The notes: generated by a model not told the origin, from the letters alone. DNA of 64,000 nt from Promethearchaeota archaeon (GCA_048939245.1 JBHLPR010000001.1:1-64000), one strand, 5' to 3'. Positions 1 to 9,873 are shown, counted from the stretch's first letter. Translations and numbers: made by a program.

Positions 1-702
1 TTGGGTAATGGCTTTGATAGGTTTTCGAATTATGCTCTCTTCGAATTTCGTTTCAACTTTGATATCAACAATTGGCGTATTTTCGTTCTTGGTGCTAATA
101 ATTCCTGCTAGATGTGTTTTTCCTTTCACGGTATCGTAACGCAGGCCAATCATGAACTCATCAAATTGGGCATGTAGCGCAAACCACTCCTCAATGTGCC
201 AATTGCGAACACCCCAACTTTTATCTCGCTGCCCTAAACCCAAAAAATGATGAACTCGCCCCTCTGGAAGCTCTATATGGCCTGTTATTTGTCCAGATTG
301 TTCAAGGTGTCGACCCCAACTTGTACCACTTCCTTTTCCAAAATCTCCTGGAGGGAAGCGTCCTTGCCAGTGGATTTCTGCAGATAGTCGGGGGCTTGAA
401 TAATGTATCCGCCAATCGGTATGCGGTTTGACTAGCTCATAGGATAGTGTTCCGTCACTCATGGCGGTATTGAAATCCTTAGGAATGGGGGCCTTGTATT
501 CATTGAAATAGAATTCCGGCGTTCCTTCAATGAAGAGTGCGAACACAAACTCCCGTCGTGGTACATGAGGGACAATGCCAATCGTGGTAAATCCGCTTAT
601 TTGGGTTTCTAAATCAACCCAGTTGAAATAGAAGCTCTCGCGCCAAGCTTTGTGTTTGGTGGGTTTGTGGAAATAATCATCTTGATCAGTAAAAGGTTTC
701 AT
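1..702 (-). CDS. Uncharacterised beta-rich protein (DUF7064/DUF7065, AttH/tocopherol-cyclase-like); 3' end runs off the window
   Basis: Not in ORF track. Manual translation from ATG at 702: MKPFTDQDDYFHKP...WRESFYFNWVD...HLEQSGQITG...GLGQRDKSWGVRNW, open to position 1. WxESxYF and GxRDxSWGxR are typical of this family. Confidence 0.7.
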   Translation of the reverse strand, partial: MKPFTDQDDYFHKPTKHKAWRESFYFNWVDLETQISGFTTIGIVPHVPRREFVFALFIEGTPEFYFNEYKAPIPKDFNTAMSDGTLSYELVKPHTDWRIHYSSPRLSAEIHWQGRFPPGDFGKGSGTSWGRHLEQSGQITGHIELPEGRVHHFLGLGQRDKSWGVRNWHIEEWFALHAQFDEFMIGLRYDTVKGKTHLAGIISTKNENTPIVDIKVETKFEESIIRKPIKAITQ

Positions 703-727
703 GCTTGTTATGTCTCCGTGATGTTGC

Positions 728-1888
728 TTATTTTTCGGGAAGTTTATAGAGCGTTGGGTCCTTAGCCCGTTCCTCGGGGGGTCGGAACATTCGGGCAAAG
801 GCATTATCCCCATCATGGGTCATGAAATAGGGAACATATTCTTTCATAGAATGCGGCGTTAGATCCCAACTAATTTTGTCAGTTATATCGACTTGATTTG
901 TGTATCGGGCAAATCCCCGCATATAGGCTTTCGCACCCGCGATGAGCCGTTCTTGTTTATCCCAGTCCGCAAACCGCAGGAATAGTTCTTGTTGTGCGGT
1001 ATCAGCTGCTTCAGCATATGCGGCTATTTCATCTAATCCAAGGTTCTTGAGCTTGTCACCGTGTTTGGTATACGCTGCCATTTGTTCGACATGGTCGCCA
1101 TATTCAGCAGGATCCAAGGTCATAGTTCCAGTATCACTGAATTTCGCTTTTACATTCTTTAGCGTCATTGCTACGCCTAAGGATGCTGATGGAAGGGGTG
1201 TTTCTGTTTCTGACCATGGCAACCAAAGGTTCTCTTTACCATCGTAGAGGTGAGTGTACTCGGTGATAACTAGGATCTTTTCCTCAGTGAGGGGATAAGG
1301 ACCGTGTTCGATGATTTTGGCTCGCGCTTCACACTCATCCATAAACGCATAAAGGTCCACTGTTCCGATGGATTTTCGTAACTCAGCTACTTGCGCACGA
1401 GTGACGGGTTCAAGTCGGTCCTGTAACCAGGAAAGCACTTCTTTACCAAAAGCAAGATTCGTATAATCAGAGGCTTCGATTGTCGGTTGACCCGAATTGA
1501 AGTAATGCGTTCCAAGCTGATACCAGTGTTCAAGGAGATATCGCCATTGTTCTTGTTTTTCCCTTGGTTCGTTGGCTGGCTCATTATCATACTTGTTGAA
1601 TATCATTCCCATTCTCCCTAGCCCATAGTAAAGCCATTGATACATAATCGAGAGGCCCTGAACCTCTGAAAGTAGGACTTTGCTTTGCTGGGCTAATTTT
1701 TCAGGAGTGATTCTGTCCCAGACCTGTTTCATAATCTCAAATTGAGTTTCATAGGTGTTATAACAGGACAAAGAAATGTACGCATTGACAGGGAATAGTT
1801 GGGACTCCAAAAGACCCCGGTCTAAAAGGATATTCGTGAAGACATTTGAAATATGGGCGATTTGCTGATTGATGGCTTGAAGCTCCAA
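728..1888 (-). CDS. Hypothetical soluble protein (386 aa)
   Basis: Long ORF with natural composition, 25 bp upstream of the previous gene on the same strand; no motif assigned. Confidence 0.75.
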   Translation of the reverse strand: MELQAINQQIAHISNVFTNILLDRGLLESQLFPVNAYISLSCYNTYETQFEIMKQVWDRITPEKLAQQSKVLLSEVQGLSIMYQWLYYGLGRMGMIFNKYDNEPANEPREKQEQWRYLLEHWYQLGTHYFNSGQPTIEASDYTNLAFGKEVLSWLQDRLEPVTRAQVAELRKSIGTVDLYAFMDECEARAKIIEHGPYPLTEEKILVITEYTHLYDGKENLWLPWSETETPLPSASLGVAMTLKNVKAKFSDTGTMTLDPAEYGDHVEQMAAYTKHGDKLKNLGLDEIAAYAEAADTAQQELFLRFADWDKQERLIAGAKAYMRGFARYTNQVDITDKISWDLTPHSMKEYVPYFMTHDGDNAFARMFRPPEERAKDPTLYKLPEK

Positions 1889-1968
1889 AGCGAATTCACC
1901 ACGTAATTTTTTTTCTATGTTATTTGGACGTTATACAAAAGCACAGGCGTCCGTTCGAATTTTATGAT

Positions 1969-2454
1969 TCATTTTTTCTTTTTAAGTCTTGAAACCCTGT
2001 CTTTTTCTCGTCGGGATTTTGGTTCCGGGGGTCCTCTAATTCCTGGGATGATGCTTAATATGCCTCCTACAATCGCAAGGATTGCTCCAACAAAGTGCAC
2101 AATTCCAGGATAGAAGGCTACGACTAATAACATCCAGATTCCGCCAGCAATCACTGCTATTCCGAAGAAGAGAGAGAGAAATCCTCCGATACCTCCGCTT
2201 CGAAAGAAAGAAACGATTCCTCCGACGATGATCACAGATCCACAGATAACCATTACAATAATGATTATGATCATCATTTGAGCGATTAATTCGTACAATG
2301 GTCGAATATCTGGGGGGTACAAGGGAATTGAAGCGAAAAAGGGCAAGAGCGTGAGATATATCGTAATCTGAGCTCCTAAGACAAGGATGCCTGCAAAAAC
2401 TTGGATTAGTCCTCCAAGATCAGAAAGACAGGATTTCTCTTTAGTATCTGGCAT
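1969..2454 (-). CDS. Membrane protein, about 4 TM helices, basic C-terminal tail
   Basis: Hydrophobic Gly-rich segments; likely start MPDTKEK at 2454 rather than 2592. Confidence 0.7.
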   Translation of the reverse strand: MPDTKEKSCLSDLGGLIQVFAGILVLGAQITIYLTLLPFFASIPLYPPDIRPLYELIAQMMIIIIIVMVICGSVIIVGGIVSFFRSGGIGGFLSLFFGIAVIAGGIWMLLVVAFYPGIVHFVGAILAIVGGILSIIPGIRGPPEPKSRREKDRVSRLKKKK

Positions 2455-2675
2455 GTTTAAATTACCATCCCGACATGGTCCTACAGCTATCACTGTCTCA
2501 CAATTTAAAAATTCGGGCGTTCCATCCTCTGAATTGGATTCTGAAACAGGATATTGAAATCCGAACCAAGTGTATAATAATTTCTCCTTCACAGTTAGCT
2601 CTGTGGGTTTTTTCTGAACCCTGCGGTTGCCATGAATAAATAACAGACCAAGCTGCGGTAAACCATGGAATTCAA

Positions 2676-3077
2676 ATGAAAGCCGAAGAATTACTCGAAA
2701 AATATCAGGAACTAACCGCTACACCGTTAGATTCTCCCTCTATAGAAAATGAATCCGGGGAATCTGTGGCCGCACTTTATCAAAGTTCTTCTCTACGAAT
2801 CTTACTGATTCGGACTCTAGAAAACCCGGATATTACTTCTATCGAAGTCGAGGTGTGGCTCCCAAGTATGAATTCAGACTATGATTCCGCTAAGTCAGAA
2901 GATGAATTACTTGGCGAAGTCTTGTCTAAGATGATTGAGCACTTATCATATCTACTCAAGTTGCATCAATCGGGGTTCATATTGGATGTAATAAAAAACG
3001 ATTGCCTCTGGACCGCTTCTAAAACATTTGAGAAACCACCCAGCCATGAAATTTTTAATTTACTTCTTCCTCCTTAG
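2676..3077 (+). CDS. Hypothetical protein
   Basis: 133-aa ORF with globular composition. Confidence 0.65.
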   Translation: MKAEELLEKYQELTATPLDSPSIENESGESVAALYQSSSLRILLIRTLENPDITSIEVEVWLPSMNSDYDSAKSEDELLGEVLSKMIEHLSYLLKLHQSGFILDVIKNDCLWTASKTFEKPPSHEIFNLLLPP

Positions 3078-3239
3078 CTGTTAGTTCCTCTGCGAATGCA
3101 GCTATGAGTCACTTTAAAAGTAGAAGCCCACGAAGACATGCAACTTTCGAGTATTGCTTACAGAAATATTGGATCACTGGTTCGTAAGCTACGTTCCCCT
3201 ACTCGGTTAGCGATGCTTCCCTGCTGCGTGGTATTTGCA

Positions 3240-4208
3240 ATGGACCTCATTGATAAAGGCATTTTCTATGCCTTAGATGGCAATTGCCGTATTTCATATG
3301 AGGCTTTAGCCCGTCAATTCGACATCAGTGCGAATGCCATCAAAAAGCGGGTAACTAAACTCCAAGCCACTGGCATCCTCAAAAGCTTCAGTGTCTGGTT
3401 AAGTCTGAGTATGATTGATGCTGAAATGATGGTGGCATTCATCCACACCGATGGAAGCCAAGACGATGAAGTCCTCATGAATACCATCGGTAACAATCCC
3501 ATGGTTCATCGTGCAGCCTACCTCTCCAACGGAGATATGGTTGTTTTTGGTGAATACGTTGGAGCCACAGGGCTAAGTGACCTTGGTAGGTTCCTCCGAA
3601 GTCAAGAAGGCGTAGCTGAGGTGGAAATTCATACACTACTAACTGAAAAGGGTGGCAAGATGTCATTTACTCCTATTCAACTAAAAGTCCTAAACCAACT
3701 CCGTCATGACGCCCGCATGTCCATCGTAGACTTGGCCAAGAACACTGGATTAACAGCTCGAACAATTCGTCGCGTTCTTAATCAACTTGGTGGAAACAAA
3801 TCGACCACACGTGCGTTTGTTATTCGCGATCGGCTGCCTCCTGAGGAACGCGCTTCCAGTGAACCTGTTCATTTTCGAAGTTTTTGGAACTTGAATGCGG
3901 CAGGCAACATTTCTTATGCAGTCCGGATTACCTACTCTGAAGATCGAGGAAACCCCGCAGACCTTGATGCATGGTTACGAAAGAAGTATCCTGTTGAACT
4001 ATGGTATTCATATGCCTCGGCTTCTGATCCCCTTCTTTTCAGCACCTTTATAGTAGAGAATGTGGGAACCTTTGAAAAAATCCATCAATCGTTGAAACGA
4101 GGACGCATGGTTGATGCAATGGAAATACTTGCTTTTTATCCATATCGACATTTCAAGGGGCTACGGCAAATACGCCTCGAAGAATTGCTAGCAAATGCTG
4201 GATTCTAG
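3240..4208 (+). CDS. Tandem Lrp/AsnC-type winged-HTH transcriptional regulator
   Basis: Two HTH units (DKGIFYALDGNCRISYEALARQFDISANAIKKRV; QLKVLNQLRHDARMSIVDLAKNTGLTARTIRR); likely start MDLID at 3240. Confidence 0.85.
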   Translation: MDLIDKGIFYALDGNCRISYEALARQFDISANAIKKRVTKLQATGILKSFSVWLSLSMIDAEMMVAFIHTDGSQDDEVLMNTIGNNPMVHRAAYLSNGDMVVFGEYVGATGLSDLGRFLRSQEGVAEVEIHTLLTEKGGKMSFTPIQLKVLNQLRHDARMSIVDLAKNTGLTARTIRRVLNQLGGNKSTTRAFVIRDRLPPEERASSEPVHFRSFWNLNAAGNISYAVRITYSEDRGNPADLDAWLRKKYPVELWYSYASASDPLLFSTFIVENVGTFEKIHQSLKRGRMVDAMEILAFYPYRHFKGLRQIRLEELLANAGF

Positions 4209-4389
4209 CAGGTCTCAACAGCCGCTCGCAGGTCATTTATCCTAATAAGAAGATTAGTGAACCATCCAGTTCGTTTTCTTGTTAGTGTCCTTTTATTGAA
4301 GTCCACTTTTCGAACTTGCCGGTTTCCACGACTATAAACCTCTGAATTTGTAAGAAACTGCTAACTGGTCCTCTCAAGGAAGGACACGG

Positions 4390-5610
4390 ATGACTCTCAA
4401 ACGCTTGGCTCCTATCATTTGTCTACCAATTCTGATTCTCTGCTGTGTACTCATTCCAATAGACGGGACCCAGGTACAATCTAGATGGGTTCCCGATTAC
4501 TGGCCCACTCTTGACTGGCAAACCTCAACTCCCGAAAACCAGGGTATGGACTCATCTCTTCTCTCCGCAATGGATGACTTCATTGACACTGCCAATTGGG
4601 GCTTTGCAATGGTGGCATCTGTGGTGGTTAAGAACGGCTACATCGTTCATGAAAGTTATTATGGCTCATATGATGAAACTGATCGCCGCAATATTTTCTC
4701 ATGCACCAAGAGCTTCATTTCGACTTTGGTGGGGATTGCACTCTCAGCAGGATACCTCAGTAGCCTTGACGAAAACGTCGTTGATTACTTCAGCGATCGT
4801 ACAATTGCGAATCTGGATTCACGCAAACAGGCAATGACCATTGAACACCTTCTTACCATGACCGCTGGATTTGACTGGCCTGAACATCCCTATGGAGCAG
4901 CTAGTCCCTACAACCAAATGACCAGTAGCGAAGATTGGGTACAGTTCGTTTTAGACCGCCCTATGGCTCATGAACCTGGTGAAGTATGGAACTACAATTC
5001 CGGTGCCTCTCATCTTCTCTCTACACTCGTCAATATTACAACTGGACAATATACCCAAGATTACGCTGAAGAACACCTCTTTGCTCCTTTGGGAATTACT
5101 CAGTATGACTGGGGTGAAGATCCAGATGGAACTGCCTTCGGTGGCTCCAGTCTCCGATTAACTCCACGAGATATAGCAAAATTCGGCTTCTTGTTTCTGA
5201 ATAATGGCACTTGGGACGGTGAGCAAATCGTACCCGCAGATTGGGTTTCAACAGCTACTACGAGTCATTCATTCCTTGATGGACAGATGGGTTACGGTTA
5301 CCAATGGTGGACTTCCCCCCTTATTGAGGCATACTCAGCCCGTGGCCATCTTGGCCAGCTCATCTACGTCTTTCCTAATCTGAATATGGTTGTTGTCTTT
5401 ACCGCATCGACCAATTCTCTTCAAGATGATATTCTCATCGAAGATTATGTCCTCCCCGCAGCTGGAGTTGTGGTTGGTGCTGGCTTGCCACTAAATCCAG
5501 AATTAATCGCAGCACTTACCATTGGTGTGCTAGTAATCCTAATCCCCCTACTAGCAGTAAGCGCCTATACCCTCCATCGGCGTAGAGCTATTTCATCCAC
5601 ATCAAGCTGA
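4390..5610 (+). CDS. Secreted, C-terminally membrane-anchored serine hydrolase (class C beta-lactamase/NylB-like)
   Basis: SxxK (SCTK), LLTMTAG, WNYNS; N-terminal signal peptide; C-terminal TM followed by RRR. Confidence 0.9.
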   Translation: MTLKRLAPIICLPILILCCVLIPIDGTQVQSRWVPDYWPTLDWQTSTPENQGMDSSLLSAMDDFIDTANWGFAMVASVVVKNGYIVHESYYGSYDETDRRNIFSCTKSFISTLVGIALSAGYLSSLDENVVDYFSDRTIANLDSRKQAMTIEHLLTMTAGFDWPEHPYGAASPYNQMTSSEDWVQFVLDRPMAHEPGEVWNYNSGASHLLSTLVNITTGQYTQDYAEEHLFAPLGITQYDWGEDPDGTAFGGSSLRLTPRDIAKFGFLFLNNGTWDGEQIVPADWVSTATTSHSFLDGQMGYGYQWWTSPLIEAYSARGHLGQLIYVFPNLNMVVVFTASTNSLQDDILIEDYVLPAAGVVVGAGLPLNPELIAALTIGVLVILIPLLAVSAYTLHRRRAISSTSS

Positions 5611-5618
5611 CTCCTCCA

Positions 5619-5770
5619 ACGGCTCCCTGTGGACATCCGACTTTCCGTCTTTCCGAAATCCGTTGTCCACCAGCAGTAGGCCCCAAGCATTGGAAAACAT
5701 TGGAAAATTTTGGACTAAGCTCCAATCCCCCCCCAACCTCTTGGTCCAATTCGGATGTCCCGGGAGCCGT
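5619..5770. repeat. 152-bp element bounded by long imperfect inverted repeats (structured RNA or MITE-like)
   Basis: acggctccc-tgt-ggacatccga (5619-5640) pairs with tcggatgtcc-c-gggagccgt (5751-5770); inner stem ttggactaag/cttggtccaa; tandem cattggaaaa x2; T-tract follows. Confidence 0.75.
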
Positions 5771-5848
5771 ACTACTTTTTTCACACATCAATACACAATG
5801 CTTGAATTCCTTCTCTCTTCAAGGAAGTAAATGGATGAACCAAATTGA

Positions 5849-5992
5849 TTATCCTATTAGCATGGCAACAAAGAAGATAATGATTATTACTATTGCACAG
5901 CATCCAAAGGCTCTTCGACGGAACGAAGATTCTTCAGCTATTTCGTTGGGATCTAACTCAACTTCCTCAGCAAGGATGTGCAGATCGACCAT
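5849..5992 (-). CDS. Small tail-anchored membrane protein (47 aa)
   Basis: Below the ORF-track cutoff. MVDLHILAEEVELDPNEIAEESSFRRRAFGCCAIVIIIIFFVAMLIG*. Confidence 0.6.
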   Translation of the reverse strand: MVDLHILAEEVELDPNEIAEESSFRRRAFGCCAIVIIIIFFVAMLIG

Positions 5993-6081
5993 ACTTTAGC
6001 AGATATACAAAAGCGATTAAAACTCTTCAGTTGAATAATCTCAATTGATTCTAACCTTCTTTATAGGCAAAGTCAAATGAA

Positions 6082-6840
6082 TTGACGGATAGAAAGGTCA
6101 TGGTTGACTATAACGCACTTGCAAAGGACTATCAGCAGCATCGCCATGTTCATCCAGAGGTTCTCAAAATACTCATAAAAACTATTAAAGAGACTCATGC
6201 ATCAGAAGTCTTAGAGATTGGATGTGGAACAGGCAATTACGTTATCAACCTTCATAAGGCAACCAAGGTCCATGCATGGGGAATCGATCCATCAGAGGAA
6301 ATGCTCAAACAAGCCTCTCAAAAGTTCCCACAAATTAACTTCAGGAAAGGACAAGTGGAAGCACTTCCATATGAAGACAATTTCTTCGATTTTGTCTTCT
6401 CAGTCGATGTAGTCCATCACCTTGACGATGTTATTCCCTATTTTTCTGAGATAATACGGGTTCTGAAACCCGCAGGACAAGTATGTACAGTAACCGATTC
6501 AGAGGATATCATTCGCAACCGTCGACCTCTCGCCTTCTACTTTCCAGATACTATAACAGTTGATCTCCAACGCTATCCATCAATCCTCGTATTACGGAGG
6601 CGAATGCAAGACACCGGTTTTCAAAAAATTCGTCAAGCTCAAGTTGAATATTCCTTCCAACTTACCGATATCCAGCCCTACAAAGACAAAGCCTTCTCAT
6701 GTTTACATCTTATTTCGCCAGAAGCCTACCAGCAAGGTATTGTCAGAATGGAAAACGATTTGAAACAAGGTACAATCACTGCTAATAGTTGCTATTTGCT
6801 GTTGTTTGGCACTAAACCGAAGCGAATCGTTTACGTCTAA
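6082..6840 (+). CDS. Class I SAM-dependent methyltransferase
   Basis: VLEIGCGTG motif I, GIDPSEEML, LPYEDNFFDFV, RVLKPAG. Confidence 0.9.
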   Translation: MTDRKVMVDYNALAKDYQQHRHVHPEVLKILIKTIKETHASEVLEIGCGTGNYVINLHKATKVHAWGIDPSEEMLKQASQKFPQINFRKGQVEALPYEDNFFDFVFSVDVVHHLDDVIPYFSEIIRVLKPAGQVCTVTDSEDIIRNRRPLAFYFPDTITVDLQRYPSILVLRRRMQDTGFQKIRQAQVEYSFQLTDIQPYKDKAFSCLHLISPEAYQQGIVRMENDLKQGTITANSCYLLLFGTKPKRIVYV

Positions 6841-6980
6841 AAGTTCTCGTTGATTCCTATTTCCGAACCATGATTTTCAGAAACCCACATTTTTTCCAGG
6901 TTTTTTGACCCATTTCATAACCAGATAGAAACTCTAACTTTATACCTGCAAAATCGAGAAGGAAGCAAGGACGGATTATA

Positions 6981-8171
6981 ATGAAAAGAGTTCACTTAGC
7001 CATTGTCACATTTCTCCTCCTTTCCTTCACCTCATTATTTTCTTTCGCTGGAAATCCGGTCATTTCAGCTCAAGTGACTGAGCCTGATTATTGGCCAACA
7101 GAGGATTGGCAAATAGCTACCCCAGAATCACAGGGTCTTAATCCTGGGTATTTAACGCAAATGGAGCAATATCTCGATAGCCAACTATGGAGTTTTACGT
7201 TGCGGTCTATACTGATTATCCGACATGGCTATCTTGTTTATGAGAATTATATGGGAACGCCTGAGCGTATAGACCAACCAAGCAATATCTATTCTTGCAC
7301 AAAAAGCGTCTCTTCAGCACTTATCGGAATAGCTATCGACCAAGGATACCTAGACTTGGATGATCGACTCGTTGATATCTTTTCGCACTTGACTATCCAA
7401 AATTTGGACAGCCGAAAAGAAGCAATCACGGTCGAACACTTGCTTACCATGACCTCCGGCTTGCCCTGGGATGAATGGACCTACCCTTACGGGAACCCGA
7501 ACAATGATTGGGATCGAATGACGACGAGTCCCAATTGGGTGGAATTCGTAATCAATCGACCCATGGACTCCTCACCCGGGTCACGATGGGTTTACAATAC
7601 AGGAGGTTCTCACCTCCTTTCAGCGATTGTCCATGAAACGACTAATATGTCCACCCTTGAGTTTGCAGAAACGAATCTATTCACGCCCCTTGGGATAACG
7701 GACTACTATTGGTCCGATGATCCGCAAGGAAATGTGAACGGCGGTTCTGCTCTTCAATTGCGGCCACGCGATATGGCGAAATTTGGATTTCTCTATCTCC
7801 ATAATGGCACCTGGGATGGTACTGAGCTTCTCCCGGCTTCTTGGATTGCTGCTTCCTCGTCCAGTCATGCCACAGTAGATAGTTACACAGAATATGGGTA
7901 CCAATGGTGGATTCATCCACACATCAATGCTTTCGCGGCGCATGGATATCTGAACCAACATATCTTTGTCATTCCAAACCAAGATATGGTTGTAGTCGCC
8001 ACAGCCCGTAGTTCAGAATTTGATCCGCTCCATCTCCTTGAAGACTATATCATACCTGCCGCAAGTGCGCCTTTGAATCCTGTCCCATTGGCAATTGGTT
8101 TTACAGTGGTCATTCTAACACTCATTGTTGCGGGTGTGTCAGTTCTTCGAATTCGCCGCAAATATAACTGA
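6981..8171 (+). CDS. Secreted, membrane-anchored serine hydrolase (paralogue of 4390-5610)
   Basis: SCTK, LLTMTSG, WVYNT; shared PDYWPTxDWQ N-terminus; signal peptide; C-terminal TM plus basic tail. Confidence 0.9.
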   Translation: MKRVHLAIVTFLLLSFTSLFSFAGNPVISAQVTEPDYWPTEDWQIATPESQGLNPGYLTQMEQYLDSQLWSFTLRSILIIRHGYLVYENYMGTPERIDQPSNIYSCTKSVSSALIGIAIDQGYLDLDDRLVDIFSHLTIQNLDSRKEAITVEHLLTMTSGLPWDEWTYPYGNPNNDWDRMTTSPNWVEFVINRPMDSSPGSRWVYNTGGSHLLSAIVHETTNMSTLEFAETNLFTPLGITDYYWSDDPQGNVNGGSALQLRPRDMAKFGFLYLHNGTWDGTELLPASWIAASSSSHATVDSYTEYGYQWWIHPHINAFAAHGYLNQHIFVIPNQDMVVVATARSSEFDPLHLLEDYIIPAASAPLNPVPLAIGFTVVILTLIVAGVSVLRIRRKYN

Positions 8172-8247
8172 AGTTTTTAGTCAATAGGATAATGCATGTA
8201 GTTTTTAGGCTACACCATCCAATATGTGCCACTGATGGTGCATATCG

Positions 8248-8910
8248 ATGAGTGAAGGGACCCTATTGAAAGAACTGGCTTGTCCCAAAGGGAGTAATCT
8301 GCGAGCTATTAAAGCCGTCATTCGAAAAGAAAAGCTCAGCTTTATGGAACGAACCGCTAGTGAAGCCCTTGAAAAGGAACACCGTAAACACGCAGAAACC
8401 GATCCGGATGAGTTCCAACGGGAAATTCATCGCCAACTCGCAGATGCCCAAGCGAAAATGCGAAAAGAAGGCACGGTTGAACTCCAGCTCCAATGCCCAG
8501 ATCATCCCGGCAAAGGCGAATACTCCTTCTTCTTTGAAAATCTCCACCAATATGCGCCAGTCATTAAAGCCAATCTCCTCCGGTGTCTCAAATGCGGGAC
8601 CCCGGTCACACTTGAAGACACAAAAACCTCAGGGGGATTTAAGCTACTTACTATCCGGTGCCCTCAACATGGTTCAGGACAACGTAAAATCTCCTCTTCT
8701 ATTCATGACACAATTATGGAAGCTGAAGCCAATCAGCCTTCACTCACTCCCCCTCCCATAGAAACGGATATTCAACCGCTACAAGTCGAACCCACTCCAC
8801 CTACTGAAGGCGGTACAACGATTAGTTTCTGCTGGAATTGTGGAGCTAAAGCTATTGATGCCACTTCTCAATACTGTTACAAATGTGGTGTCACTTTAAG
8901 GCCCCCATAA
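8248..8910 (+). CDS. Multi zinc-finger protein with C-terminal double zinc ribbon
   Basis: CPDH, CLKC, CPQH; Pro/Thr linker; CWNCG...YCYKCG. Confidence 0.8.
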   Translation: MSEGTLLKELACPKGSNLRAIKAVIRKEKLSFMERTASEALEKEHRKHAETDPDEFQREIHRQLADAQAKMRKEGTVELQLQCPDHPGKGEYSFFFENLHQYAPVIKANLLRCLKCGTPVTLEDTKTSGGFKLLTIRCPQHGSGQRKISSSIHDTIMEAEANQPSLTPPPIETDIQPLQVEPTPPTEGGTTISFCWNCGAKAIDATSQYCYKCGVTLRPP

Positions 8911-8914
8911 TAGT

Positions 8915-9385
8915 ATGATCCTTGATGAGATGAATCCGATGAAAAAATCTGAAAAGAAAAAAGAAACCAAAGAAAATTCAGACCAAATTCTCACCTTTAA
9001 TACAGGAGCTTTATCCCACGAGGATTTGCATGGCATGTTTACGACCTTACCAGTTGACATTACTTTTGTGGATAAAGATGACAAGGTGCAATTCTATAGT
9101 GATTCAGGGCACCGCATCTTTGCCAGAACCAAGGCAGTCATCGGACGTAGCGTTCAAGCCTGCCATCCCCCCAAAAGCCTCCACAAAGTCCAACAAATTC
9201 TTGACGACTTCCATGCTGGGAAACGAAACACCGCAGAATTTTGGATCAATTTAAAGGGTCGATTTATTTACATTCGCTACTTTGCGGTCCATAATCCGAC
9301 TGGGAAATACATCGGTTGTCTTGAAGTCTCCCAAGATGTTACTGATATTCGCGCGCTGAAAGGCGAGAAACGGCTCCTCGACTAG
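8915..9385 (+). CDS. Stand-alone PAS_10 domain protein (DUF438-associated type)
   Basis: LPVDITFVDKDDKV, RIFART..VIGR.VQ.CHPPKS, AEFWI, YIRYFAV, GCLEVSQD. Confidence 0.85.
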   Translation: MILDEMNPMKKSEKKKETKENSDQILTFNTGALSHEDLHGMFTTLPVDITFVDKDDKVQFYSDSGHRIFARTKAVIGRSVQACHPPKSLHKVQQILDDFHAGKRNTAEFWINLKGRFIYIRYFAVHNPTGKYIGCLEVSQDVTDIRALKGEKRLLD

Positions 9386-9465
9386 CTCTGAAACCCCCAC
9401 CAAATACTGGTTCGTGGAGTATTTCAACTCCACTGGGAATACCCTTTTACCAGAGAGGTGGACCC

Positions 9466-9873
9466 ATGCTCCTCGAACTCACCATCGGAACCCTCCTACT
9501 GATCATACTTGGCCTCATCCTCTACAATATCTATCAAAAACGTATGATAAACATTCACGTCCAAGAGCAAGTTCAGAAAGAAAAAGAGCGGATACGGAAA
9601 GATGCGTTAACAAGGAGTCGCGCTGTACTGAAAGGGAAAATTGGCGAACAAATGGCTCCTCTGCTCGATGCTTTTCCCTTCCAACCAGCCGACGCTCGAT
9701 TCATCGGTTCACCAGTCGACTATATTGTGTTTGATGGCTATAGCAGAAATAATCCACGCGAAATAATCCTCATCGACATTAAAACAGGCAATGCACAACT
9801 GAGCTCCACTGAAAGACGAATTGCACAATTAGTAAATACAAAACGGATCCGATGGATGACCATACGCATCTAA
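9466..9873 (+). CDS. Membrane-anchored Holliday-junction-resolvase-like endonuclease (Endonuc_Holl, PD-(D/E)xK)
   Basis: N-terminal TM; SRAVLKGKIGEQMAP, RFIGSPVDYIVFDG, DIKTG. Confidence 0.85.
   Translation: MLLELTIGTLLLIILGLILYNIYQKRMINIHVQEQVQKEKERIRKDALTRSRAVLKGKIGEQMAPLLDAFPFQPADARFIGSPVDYIVFDGYSRNNPREIILIDIKTGNAQLSSTERRIAQLVNTKRIRWMTIRI

Noticed and set aside
5588-5999. ORFs 5588-5791, 5602-5784 and 5700-5999
   Set aside because: They overlap the inverted-repeat element or the antisense of the 47-aa ORF and have no protein-like features.
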